A DNA stretch of 64,000 nt from Bilabrum cf. latius (lineage: Eukaryota): positions 248,001-312,000 of the forward strand of contig OZ237761.1 in the NCBI GenBank assembly GCA_965178125.1, read 5' to 3'. Below are positions 11,944-23,410 of this stretch, one piece after another. Position numbers and translations under genes: made by a program. Position 1 is the stretch's first letter. Each line of letters begins with the position of its first letter. The notes under the pieces were generated by a model. The model did not search any database, was not told the origin of the DNA, and saw nothing but the letters and a program-made list of their open reading frames with translations.

Positions 11944-14038
11944 CATCCCCGATGGATCCGGAGCCGCCCGCGCCCTCCAGCAGCTGGAGGCGATCGCGGC
12001 GGGGGACGCCCCCGACGTGGGGGCACAGGCGCTGGCCATCGCTGCGCAGCTAATGTGGGCGGTGGCCGGCTGGGGCACCCACCAGCACTTTAGCGGCCCC
12101 GCAAGCCACCCGGACTGGGCCGAAGCTCTCAAGCTGCTGCAGGCGGGCGAGCCGGGGCGGTGGGGAACAGGCGACCAGGGAACAAGTGGACAGGGAACAA
12201 GCGAGTTCGAGCGAGCCGCAGATGCGCGGCGCCTTGCGGTTCCGCAGCTGCGGAACCTCCGCGAGTCTTGGAGCGGCACCGCGCATTCCCTCGGGAGGGC
12301 CGCTCGTCACTACGAGCGCGCCTCGCAGCTGGTGACCGCCCAGTCCGTGTACACGGCGCCGCTGAGCCAAGGGGCTGGAAAGGCCGCCGAGGGCGCGGAG
12401 GTGCTGGCGGCGGGCGAGTGGGCCGTGGCCACCGCGCCCGTGCGGGTCGACTTGGCGGGGGGGTGGAGCGACACGCCGCCGATCACGTACGAGGCGCAGC
12501 CGCCGGCGGATGGCGGTGTGACGAGTGGAAGCGTAACGGGTGGGAATACAAAGAGCGGTGCTTCCGACGGGGATGCGGGTGTGACGAGTGCAGAGTTCGG
12601 GGACAGCGCTGCGGAGAGCCAGGTGGACGCCGTGCACGAATAGATCCGTTCAGTTGCCAGGGCCGCGAAGCGCGGGGGCGGGCTCGTGGTCAACGCCGCT
12701 GTAACGCTGGACGGAAGGCAGCCCCTGGGCACCCGGGTTCGAACCTGCGACCGCCCCGTGGTAGTCATCCGGACTCGCTCCTCGCTGGACCCGAACGAGG
12801 CCTCGAAATCGGAGGCGGGTCGGTCAAGGGCGCCCTCGGAGAGCGGTGGCAGCGGAACTTCCGGCGCCGCGCAAGGTGCGGAACCCGTTGTTCCCCGGTA
12901 CGTCGTGAGCGAGGTGACGATCGATTCGCTGGTCGCGCTGGGGGACTACAACCGGCCCTCGGCCCGTGGAGCACTCGTGAAGAGCGCCCTGCTGTGCATG
13001 GGGCTGCTGCGGCTCCCGAGGGACGGCGACGGTGGTGTGACGAGTGATAGGGGTGGTGGTGTGACGAGTGGTGCGGTGCCCAGCCTCGCGGAGCAGCTGG
13101 CCGCCGCGCTGGGCGGGCCCGGGCTCGGGCTCGAGGTGGAGACGTGGTCCGAGGTGCCCCAGGGAAGCGGGCTGGGGACGAGCAGCGTGCTGGCAGGGAC
13201 TGTGCTGGCCGCGCTGGCTGATGCCTGCGGCAGGAAGCCCAGCCTTCGAGACCTATCGCACCAGGTTCTGCACCTGGAGCAGATGCTCACCACGGGTGGC
13301 GGCTGGCAGGACCAGGTGGGCGGGCTTTGGCCCGGTGTTAAGGCCAGCTCGTGCGCGGCGCGGTTGCCAGTGTGCGTGGAGGTTCTTCGTCTCGGGGCGC
13401 TCCCGTCCAAGCGCGGCTCAGGGGCGGGAGGGGCACGTGTGACGAGTGAGGCGACGGGGGAGGGGGCACTGCTTGGCTCTGGGCTGTCGCTGGCGCAAGA
13501 CGACCTGCTGACGTGGCTCGACGGCCGGTTGTTCCTCGTGTACACCGGGATCGCGAGACTGGCGAAGAATCTATTGTAGCGTGTGCTTAGGCAGTGGGCC
13601 CTGCGAGAGAACAACGTGACCAAGACGGTCCAGGGACTCCGCGCGAACGCGCTCGCTCTCGCGGACGCCTTCGCGCAGCGGAACGCCCAGAAGGCCGGCA
13701 GGTGCATCGACGCGTACTGGCAGCAAAAGAAGGCAATGGCGCCGCGGGCGGAACCTGTGCAGGTGCAGGCGATGCTGGAAGTGCTCCGGCCTTTCGTCAC
13801 AGGGGCCACGCTGGCCGGTGCCGGTGGCGGGGGCTTCCTCGTGGGCATCACCAAGCGGGCAGGCATGCAGGCTACGATTCGAGATGCGTTGCTCGGTGAC
13901 GCGAGGACGGCATCGATGCGGTGGTCGGTGCATTCCATTGCGGTGGATCGGAGCGGGCTGTGGGTACGTCGCGTCCCGGATCGGAGCAGCGGGGCAAGTG
14001 CTTCTGGGGGAGCGAGCAGGGGCGAGCACGGGCAGTGA
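9457..14038 (+). CDS. FUK: L-fucokinase / GDP-fucose pyrophosphorylase (FKGP/Fkp-like, ~1495 aa with TAG=Q)
   Basis: join(9457..9671,9766..14038), intron GTGAGT..CGCAG. Motifs VGSGGATFNAL, IHSGGDSQRLPA*SVCGKAW, FTHVGTTKEYL, APVRVDLAGGWSDTPP, PQGSGLGTSS, EQMLTTGGGWQDQVGG, LAKNLL*RVLRQW, GAGGGGF. 7 in-frame TAGs, TGA stop. Confidence 0.93.
11903..11941 (+). repeat. (AGC)n microsatellite encoding poly-Ser inside FUK
   Basis: ~13 AGC units in frame. Confidence 0.9.
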
Positions 14039-14141
14039 CCGCAGGGATTCGTGCTGATCAGGCCAGCAGCATAGCTTGCAATGAATTCAATTATTCTATC
14101 AAGTATACGGGAAAACTATTCATTTGAAGCGATGCGTCATT

Positions 14142-14882
14142 TCAGTCTGCATCCATAGGTGCTCCACCGCCCGCGCCTGCACCGCCTGTCGCTGCCGAAT
14201 CACTGCCCGTAGCTGGTGCCCCCGATGGCGCGGGTTCCTCTTCTACAGGTACAAATAGTCCCCAATCAGCAACCTTTATGGTTCCGAGGAACTCCTGAAA
14301 ATGACGCACAGGAGCGTCCGTTGCCGCGTCCTCAGCAGCCTTGCCATACGCAGCAGAGTGGCTCTCTGGGTCGATTTCGACGGGCAGGTTGTACTGCACC
14401 AGAATCTCGGCATTGAACTTGGCCCCCAGTCTCAGGACACATGCCAGTACTCGGACTTTGTTCCTTGCCCCGCCAAATTTCGTTGCCATCTGCCAACCTT
14501 CTACGTAGCCCACACTGTGAAGCTTTTTCTCGGATTCCCACTCCATCCCCGGCAGCTCTTTTTTCGTGAGCTCATTCAGTGCGTCTATTTTATGATGTTC
14601 TGGGGCTACAGCATTATTTCCTCGGGCCAGCTCTACGAAGTGAAACCGAGCGGCTTCTTTAATGTCGTCTTTCGGGCACCGCTCGACAATCTCAAACACT
14701 ATAGACTGATCCGTCCCATCCGACACAAAGCATTCAGTATTATCTTCCAGTGGACGAAATGATGAAGCGTCTACCCAGCCAGCGGGAAGTTTGGCTTGAA
14801 TCGCGCCGCCGTACAAGCCTCGCAATTTGCCGTCAGTTTTTTGAACGAATGACGGAAGTGCCCCTCCTGGTACTTGCGCCAT
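14142..14882 (-). CDS. MOG1: Ran guanine nucleotide release factor Mog1 (Mog1/PsbP fold)
   Basis: LYGGAIQAKLPAGWVDASSFRPLEDNTECF...DQSIVFEIVE...AARFHFVELA is the Mog1 signature. TGA stop, no TAG. Confidence 0.9.
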   Translation of the reverse strand: MAQVPGGALPSFVQKTDGKLRGLYGGAIQAKLPAGWVDASSFRPLEDNTECFVSDGTDQSIVFEIVERCPKDDIKEAARFHFVELARGNNAVAPEHHKIDALNELTKKELPGMEWESEKKLHSVGYVEGWQMATKFGGARNKVRVLACVLRLGAKFNAEILVQYNLPVEIDPESHSAAYGKAAEDAATDAPVRHFQEFLGTIKVADWGLFVPVEEEPAPSGAPATGSDSAATGGAGAGGGAPMDAD

Positions 14883-15410
14883 TGGTAACCACAGCGGTGT
14901 TTCGTTATAAAGAAGACAAACTTACGCAGGAGGTAGTCACAATGGTGGATTACGGGCCTACCTAGGTCGCTTCATTATTTTGGATCCGGATGGATCCGAG
15001 CAGCCCGCAAAGGTTGCAGGTTGTGCAAGTTGGATCCAGCTGTTACTAGTAGAGACGTATGCTTCAATTCCGTGCTTCGTTCTTGCATTTGTACTGCCCG
15101 CTCGATTGTTGCGAGACGAACGAATCAAACGCACATCGTCTGGAGCACGCGCAGCCCCGCTGTTGGGCAGCAGGCATTGCACCGCCTGAACAGACGCGCC
15201 ATCCAACTATAGTAGACTATCAGGATGGATCCATCAACAAGCGAATGCACCTGCTTCGCCGCTGCATAAGAATACTAACAGTACGCCGCAAGAAAAGCGT
15301 CTAGCCTCCAGCTCAAGCCCAAGGTATTTGATGCCTGCTAAAGTCTCATCCACGCTCAGTGCTATCAACCGGGCGACCACTGACATCGCGAGACTTGGCA
15401 GAGTGCTGAT

Positions 15411-16763
15411 TCACTCCATCTCTTGCCTTACCTGCTCCAGCACTGACACGCACCCTGCATGCCCCCCAGCACGCGCTGCTTCCAACGCGTCCATCCACAC
15501 ACCATCCACATCGCCACACACCCATGCACCCCCGGCCAGCCGGCCCAGTCGCAATCGCTTCGACAGCTCCATGGGACGGCCCTCCTTCGCCGCCCGAAAC
15601 ACTAGGCCCCGGTCCCGCCATGCCTCCCCCGCATGTCTCCACCGCACAAGCTGGTCCCCCCGCCGCGGATCTGCCCACTCTGCACCTTTCAGCATATCCA
15701 GCGGCACGTGCTCGAACAGCTTGCCCAGCACCTCTCGGGCGCTCATGCGGCTCGGCATGCGGGAACTGTAGCTGTCCCCACACGCTTCCATGGCCTTCCA
15801 TAGGGGACTTGATGTGTCTTTATCATATTTTATTCGCACCCACAGCCACGCCACGTGGATCCAGGAGCACCCGCTCTCCGTCGCAGTGCCCTTGCGGTGG
15901 AGCGGACCCCCGAATCGGAGCAGCAGGGCAAAGGCCCCGGGCTGCCTGTTGCGAATGCAGTATTTAGCAGCATAACTTATCATATTATGGTAAATCTTGT
16001 ACCATTTCATGTCATCGCTAGGGAGGGGCTCCCATTCCTGCTCCATTGCACCCAGCCGGAGCAAAAGCTCGAGGCAGCCTAGTGCACCTTCCCTGCAGCT
16101 GTGGTACAGTTGAGGCATCAGGTACTGCAAATGCGGCTAGAAAAGCTAATGAGCGCGACTGTGCTGCAGACTCCACTGCGCAGGAGTAGCCAAACGCTCC
16201 TGCTAGCATACACTCCAGAGCTGCTCACCTCGAACGGTCGGCTGGCATGTCGTCGCATGTGCTCGAACACCACTGGTCGGTCATAGCACACTGGCGTACT
16301 TGACACCGAGTAAGTCGTTATCTGCAGGACTAAAGGTACGCGATAGAACATTTCGCAGCATGAGGATACAATCTGTAACTGGACGCCTGCTGGTCTCAAT
16401 CGTAGACGAATCGTACATGCTTGCCGGTGAGTTTCACAGCAACGCGGAACTTGCCGTTGCCTAGAACGTACGGGTGTTGCTCGAATATTTGGATTGCCTC
16501 GGTGTCGCTGCCTTTCTTCAGGCATTCCAAAAACCTGGTAGCAATGGTACTCCAAATCCTGCGGCGACAAATGCGATAAAAAAAGTTCGCTTCCAATCCA
16601 ATCTTAGATACTCGACTAGTTAATCTCAACCAAAGATGCGTACGTCGCACAAGTCCTAGGATCTATTCAGGTCAAGCGAGCGCAGATGCCAAATCGGCCG
16701 CCCAAGCTTGCAGTCTCTTTTGAATTGCAGGTCTTGCAGCAGCAAATCACGGCAACTTCGCAT
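15411..16763 (-). CDS. Gene B copy 3 (ankyrin-like), inverted array
   Basis: Reverse-complement near-identical to 1647-3006. A degenerate minisatellite remnant lies at ~15348-15385. Confidence 0.55.
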
Positions 16764-17121
16764 GCCAATTGCCCGTTTCAGTCCAATGCGAAACACACGA
16801 GGCCCTCCAAAAGGAAGCAATTGTGCCCATTCGTGTTCATCGCCTCACACACCTCAGGCTACTAGTAGGATGTTCGTCACTGATTGCATAGCTATTCAAG
16901 TTGCTGTGCTGTAGCTTGTATTGGAACAGCCTTGCATGCTTCTGCTGCTGGAGGAGCTGTAGTGCTTGTTCTTATTGCATCATGATATGGGCTTTGGTTT
17001 GGATGCACCCAACTGGAAACGGACGTCCCGAACCTTCCCGCCGCGTTCTTGACGTTCCATTAAAACATCTTGAAGAAAGCCAATATACCACGACGCAGTG
17101 ACGGCAAGCGCAGACGCAGCT

Positions 17122-18272
17122 TCAAATCGGCATTAGGAACACAAGTGAGCGGAAGTGGTGAGGCCCGGACGACCAGGACGCCTTAGCTTCTGCCAATCCT
17201 ATCCCTATCGTTTTGGAGCAGTGCCATCCGCGCTATTTCTGGGCGTGCGTCAATATCTTCGAAGCTCTGTCACCCGCACTTGATCCTGTTGATGGGCTGC
17301 TTTCCTGTACGTCAGCGGCACTGGCATCAGTAGCTTGCCCAGCCTACTAGAAGTACGCAACGGAGTCCCCCAATGATTGAACAGCCTGGGTGCCCAGCAT
17401 CGAAATACGGACGGCTATCTCCGCTATCTGGACCTCTTTTAGGGCAGCCGCCCTTTGACCAAGGTCAAATTCCTCTGGCAGAGCATCTTGGAGTTTGCCC
17501 AGCACAAACTGCACGTACGCCCGCTGGACCCGCTCGAATGGTGGCGTGGCTTCCGTCGCTCCACAAGCGTCTCCGTATTTTCCCTCGTCGCCTGGCTTAA
17601 ACTTGTACACGTTGCTCAGCACAGTCTGCATCACACCATCGTCCAACAGCACTAGCCAAGGAGCGGCCCGATTGCGCACTCCCGTAAGTGCATCCTGGTG
17701 TGCTTCCTTCAGCGTGGACTTGCCGCCCACCTCCACCTTGGGCATGAATACCTCGGACAGGCCGGCCTCGTTCATCATTCGAATTGCTCCAAATGCTTCC
17801 ATGCTCTTGTGGACCCCTTGCTCCAAAGCAATCGACGATGGAGTTACGCATGCAGGCCCACTTCGGTCGCCCTCCGCCCCGCTGGATGCCTCACCTACCT
17901 ATGCAGATAGAGCCGACAGCTCCTGCCCCCTCTTGGCCTTCAACATCTCCCGGCAAACGTCCTTGGCCTCAACACTGGCGGCATTGCCCACTTCTCCTGC
18001 CCCTTTCCCACCCTCTGTCATGGCCTCGCTACTGCCTTTGCTCTGCTGCCTCCTTGCATGGACTCTGGCACCGACAGACTTTCTCGCTGCAGGGTCCTCG
18101 TCGCCTTGCTCGAACTCGAGAAGACTAACGCACGTATCCAACGCCTGTTTGTTCGCTTTTTCATCTTCATCATCGGATCCACCGAACTCCACGTCGGCAC
18201 AGTTGCCATCCCCAGCACCAGATCCCGTGCCTCCTACACCGCCCGAGCTGCCTGCACTGCAAGGACGCGCCT
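17122..18272 (-). pseudogene. Gene A copy 3, 5'-truncated at minisatellite (frame intact with TAG=Q)
   Basis: Homologous to the 3' ~1.1 kb of gene A; TGA at 17122. Confidence 0.5.
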
Positions 18273-18460
18273 TTCGATATCCACGCTCACTGCCACTGGT
18301 ATCTCTCGGGTAACCTCCATTCGATATCCACGCTCACTGCCACTGGTATCTCTCGGGTGACCTCCATTCAATATCCACGCTCACTGCCACTGGTATCTCT
18401 CGGGTGACCTCCATTCAATATCCACGCTCGCTGCCACTGGTATATCTCGGGTGACCACTG
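18273..18460 (-). repeat. 47-bp minisatellite, 4 copies (inverted)
   Basis: Copies at 18273, 18320, 18367, 18414. Confidence 0.95.
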
Positions 18461-18488
18461 ACATCGCGAGGCTTGGCAGAGTCCTGCC

Positions 18489-19841
18489 TCACTCCATCTC
18501 TTGCCTTACCTGCTCCAGCACTGACACGCACCCTGCATGCCCCCCAGCACGCGCTGCTTCCAACGCGTTCATCTACACACCATCCACATCGCCACGCACC
18601 CATGCACCCCCAGCCAGCCGGCCCAGTCGCAATCGCTTCGACAGCTCCATGGGACGGCCCTCCTTCGCCGCCCGAAACACTAGGCCCCGGTCCCGCCATG
18701 CCTCCCCCGCATGTCGCCACCGCACAAGCTGGTCCCCCCGACGCGGATCTGCCCACTCTGCACCTTTCAGCATATCCAGCGGCACGTGCTCGAACAGCTT
18801 GCCCAGCACCTCTCGGGCGCTCATGCGGCTCGGCATGCGGGAACTGTAGCCGTCCCCACACGCTTCCATGGCCTTCCATAGGGGACTTGATGTGTCTTTA
18901 TCATATTTTATTCGCACCCACAGCCACGCCACGTGGATCCAGGAGCACCCGCTCTCCGTCGCAGTGCCCTTGCGGTGGAGCGGACCCCCGAATCGGAGCA
19001 GCAGGGCAAAGGCCCCGGGCTGCCTGTTGCGAATGCAGTAATCGGCAGCCGTGCTTATGATATTATGGTAAATGTCATACCATTTCATTTTATCGCTAGG
19101 GAGGGGCTCCCATTCCTGCTCCATCGCACCCAGCCGGAGCAAAAGCTCGAGGCAGCCTAGTGCACCTTCCCTGCAGCTGTGGTACAGTTGAGGCATCAGG
19201 TACTGCAAATGCGGCTAGAAAAGCTAATGAGCGCGACTGTGCTGCAGACTCCACTGCGCAGGAGTAGCCAAACGCTCCTGCTAGCATACACTCCAGAGCT
19301 GCTCACCTCGAACGGTCGGCTGGCATGTTGTCGCATGTGCTCGAACACCACTGGTCGGTCATAGCACACTGGCGTACTTGACACCGAGTAAGTCGTTATC
19401 TGCAGGACTAAAGGTACGCGATAGAACATTTCGCAGCATGAGGATACAATCTGCGACTGGACGCCTGCTGGTCTCAATCGTAGACGAATCGTACATGCTT
19501 GCCGGTGAGCTTCACAGCAACGCGGAACTTGCCGTTGCCTAGAACGTACGGATGTTGCTCGAATATTTGGATTGCCTCGGTGTCGCTGCCTTTCTTCAGG
19601 CATTCCAAAAACCTGGTAGCAATGGTACTCCAAATCCTGCGGCGAAGTGACAAATGCGATTTAAAAAAGAGTTCGCTTCCAATCCATTTTAGATATTTTT
19701 TCTTAAACCAAAGATGCGTACGTCGCACAAGTCCTAGGATCTATTCAGGTCAAGCGAGCGCAGATGCCAAATCGGCCGCCCGAGCTTGCAGTCTCTTTTG
19801 AATTGCAGGTCTTGCAGCAGCAAATCACGGCAACCTCGCAT
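18489..19841 (-). CDS. Gene B copy 4 (ankyrin-like)
   Basis: Near-identical to the other B copies. Confidence 0.55.
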
Positions 19842-20185
19842 GCCAATTGCCCGTTCCAATGCAAAACACACGACTCGGAGGCCCTCCAAAAGGAAGCAAT
19901 TGTGCCCATTCGTGTTCATCGCCTCACACCTACTAGGATGTTCGTCACTGATTGCATAGCTATTCAAGTTGCTGTGCTGTAGCTTGTATTGGAACAGCCT
20001 TGCATGCTTCTGCTGCTGGAGGAGCTGTAGTACTTGCTCGAATTGCAACAGGATATTGGGCTTTGGATGCGCCCAAGTGGAAACGGACGTCCCGAACCTG
20101 CCCGCCGCATTCTTGACGTTCCATTAAAACATCTTGAAGAAAGCCAATATACCACGACGCAGTGACGGCAAGCGCAGACGCAGCT

Positions 20186-21327
20186 TCAAATCGGCATTAG
20201 GAACACAAGTGAGCGGAAGTGGTGAGGCCCGGACGACCAGGACGCCTTGGCTTCTGCCGATCCTATCCCTATCGTTGTGGAGCAGTGCCATCCGCGCTAT
20301 TTCTGGGCGTGCGTCAATACCTTCGAAGCTCTGTCACCCGCACTTGATCCTGTTGATGGGCTGGTTTCCTGTACGTCAGCATCAGTAGCTTGCCCAGCCT
20401 ACTAGAAGTACGCAACGGAGTCCCCCAATGATTCAACAGCCTGGATGCCCAGCATCGAAATACGGACGGCTATCTCCGCAATCTGGACCTCGTTTAGGGC
20501 AGCCGCCCTTTGACCAAGGTCAACTTCCTCTGGCAGGGCATCTTGGAGTTTGCCCAGCACAAACTGCACGTACGCCCGCTGGACCCGCTCGAATGGTGGC
20601 GTGGCTTCCGTCGCTCCACAAGCGTCTCCGTATTTCCCCTCGTCGCCTGGCTTAAACTTGTACACGTTGCTCAGCACAGTCTGCATCACACCATCGTCCA
20701 ACAGCACTAACCAAGGAGCGGCCCGATTGCGCACTCCCTTAAGTGCATTCCGGTGTGCTTGCTTCAGCGTGGACTTGCCGCCTACCTCCACCTTGGGCAT
20801 GAATACCTCGGACAGGCCGGCCTCGTTCATCATTCGAATTGCTCCAAATGCTTCCATGCTCTTGTGGGCCCCTTGCTCCAAAGCAATCGACGATGGAGTT
20901 ACGCATGCAGGCCCACTTCGGTCGCCCCCCGCCCCGCTGGATGCCCCATCTACCTATGCAGATAGAGCCGACAGCTCCTGCCCCCTCTTGGCCTTCAACA
21001 TCTCCCGGCAAACGTCCTTGGCCTCAACACTGGCGGCATTGCCCCCTTCTCCTGCCCCTTTCCCACCCTCTGTCATGGCCTCGCTACTGCCTTTGCTCTG
21101 CTGCCTCCTTGCATGGACTCTGGCACCGACAGACTTTCTCGCTGCAGGGTCCTCGTCGCCTTGCTCGAACTCGAGAAGACTAACGCACGTATCCAACGCC
21201 TGTTTGTTCGCTATTTCATCCTCATCATCGGATCCACCGAACTCCACGTCGGCACAGTTGCCATCCCCAGCACCAGGTCCCGTGCCTCCTACACCGCCCG
21301 AGCTGCCTGCACTGCAAGGACGCGCCT
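20186..21327 (-). pseudogene. Gene A copy 4, 5'-truncated at minisatellite
   Basis: Same truncation junction as copies 2 and 3; TGA at 20186. Confidence 0.5.
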
Positions 21328-21656
21328 TTCGATATCCACGCTCACTGCCACTGGTATCTCTCGGGTGACCTCCATTCGATATCCACGCTGACTGCCACTG
21401 GTATCTCTCGGGTAACCTCCATTCGATATCCACGCTCACTGCCACTGGTATCTCTCGGGTGACCTCCATTCAATATCCACGCTCACTGCCACTGGTATCT
21501 CTCGGGTAACCTCCATTCGATATCCACGCTCACTGCCACTGGTATCTCTCGGGTGACCTCCATTCGATATCCACGCTCACTGCCACTGGTATCTCTCGGG
21601 TAACCTCCATTCAATATCCACGCTCACTGCCACTGGTATCTCTCGGGTGACCTCTA
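21328..21656 (-). repeat. 47-bp minisatellite, 7 copies (inverted)
   Basis: Copies at 21328, 21375, 21422, 21469, 21516, 21563, 21610. Confidence 0.95.
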
Positions 21657-21684
21657 ACATCGCGAGGCTTGGCAGAGTGCTGAT

Positions 21685-23062
21685 TCACTCCATCTCTTGC
21701 CTTACCTGCTCCAGCACTGACACGCACCCTGCATGCCCCCCAGCACGCGCTGCTTCCAACGCGTCCATCCACACACCATCCACATCGCCACACACCTATG
21801 CACCCCCGGCCAGCCGGCCCAGTCGCAATCGCTTCGACAGCTCCATGGGACGGCCCTCCTTCGCCGCCCGAAACACTAGGCCCCGGTCCCGCCATGCCTC
21901 CCCCGCATGTCGCCACCGCACCAGCTGATCCCCCCGCCGCGGATCTGCCCACTCTGCACCTTTCAGCATATCCAGCGGCACGTGCTCGAACAGCTTGCCC
22001 AGCACCTCTCGGGCGCTCATGCGGCTCGGCATGCGGCTCCTGTAGCCGTCCCCACACGCTTCCATGGCCTTCCATAGGGGACTTGATGTGTCTTTCTTAT
22101 GGTACATTCGCACCCACAGCCACGCCACGTGGATCCAGGAGCACCCGCTCTCCGTCGCAGTGCCCTTGCGGTGCAGCGGACCCCCGAATCGGAGCAGCAG
22201 GGCAAAGGCCCCGGGCTGCCTGTAGCGCATGCAGAATTTGGCAGCCTAGCCTATGATATTATGTGCAATGCTATACCATTTCATGTCATCGCTAGGGAGG
22301 GGCTCCCATTCCTGCTCCATCGCACCCAGCCGGAGCAAAAGCTCGAGGCAGCCCACTGAGCCGTGCCGGCAGCAGCGGAGCAACTGGATATACAGTGACT
22401 GCATGGGCACTCCGGGGCACAAATACAATAGATATTCTCATGTGAAAGCAATAACGTAGAACCATAGCGACTACACCACTGCCTAAAGAGCTTTCGTAAT
22501 CTTGTCCATATGCTCACTTCGAACGGGCGGCTCGCGTGCCGGCGAATGTGCCCGAACACCACTGGTCGGTCATAGCATATTGACGCACTTGCTATTGTAC
22601 AGTTCTCTATCTGCGTTGGACGAAATGTTTCGATAGATGACGCTCTGGCACGTACGGAGACTGTATTGATCGTTTGCAGAGGAACATGGAGCTTCGGGAC
22701 TGCTTGAGGTCGTACATTGTTGGTGCTTAGTTGCATGGCCACATTAAAAGCACCATTGCCAAGAAAAAATGGGTGCTACTCGTACAACTGGGTTGCCGCA
22801 GCGTCACTGCCCCTAGCGAGAAGGCCAATAAACCTGGCCCCAAGGGCTGTCCACCATCTGTGATGCGAGTACGGGCTACAAGCAATACAATTTTAATATG
22901 TCTGGTCAACAAGCAAAACTATTTCATGCCCAATGTATGCATTTCGCACCTCATCTGGGGTTCACTTAGTCTGGGTACGCGCATATGCCAAATAGTCCGT
23001 CTGAGCTGCCTATCCCTTTCGAATTGCTGGTTCTGCATCAACACATCACGACATGTATTCAT
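21685..23062 (-). CDS. Gene B copy 5, divergent 5' half
   Basis: The 3' part is near-identical to the other copies. The 5' exons are diverged but alignable (QLYE*HPFFLGNGAF vs QMFEQHPYVLGNGKF; CYDRPVVF conserved) with conserved intron positions. Confidence 0.55.
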
Positions 23063-23410
23063 GTCGGGTTGTGGGATTGTCCGAACTATTCGTGATAAGA
23101 CTACTACTATTAGTTGAGTGCCTTGCTGTTCTCGACAATCCGGATGATTTCCACTCTTTTTGGTGCTGCAAGCAGTTCATGCATCAGCCTCAGGGCTGGA
23201 TCTCGTCGTTATGATTTTGAATATGCCGCGACAAAATTTCAGTTGGTTTCAAAGGGGCTAGTTCCAGTGTGCCCACTTAAGGGAGGGATCGCGACGATTC
23301 TAGAGCAAATGGCAGGCCATCCGTGTGTCCTGTATTCAATCGTGAGATGGCCCGCCAACGAATGATCAACTAGACCGACCCGAAGGGCGGGAGGGGAAAC
23401 TGATGCAGCT

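Noticed and set aside
10801-12279. Long antisense or alternate-frame ORFs (e.g. 10801-12279, 12946-13938, 27651-28781, 37976-38944, 58398-59309)
   Set aside because: Shadow ORFs of GC-rich genes on the other strand, with no independent motifs.
9457-14038. Genes with in-frame stops as pseudogenes, RIP-like damage or sequencing errors
   Set aside because: Interruptions are exclusively TAG (CpA>TpA damage would also create TAA from CAA), there are no frameshifts, motifs are intact and conserved genes are affected.
14981-15232. Four TGGATCC words upstream of MOG1
   Set aside because: Short motif that is common elsewhere in the window; no support for function.
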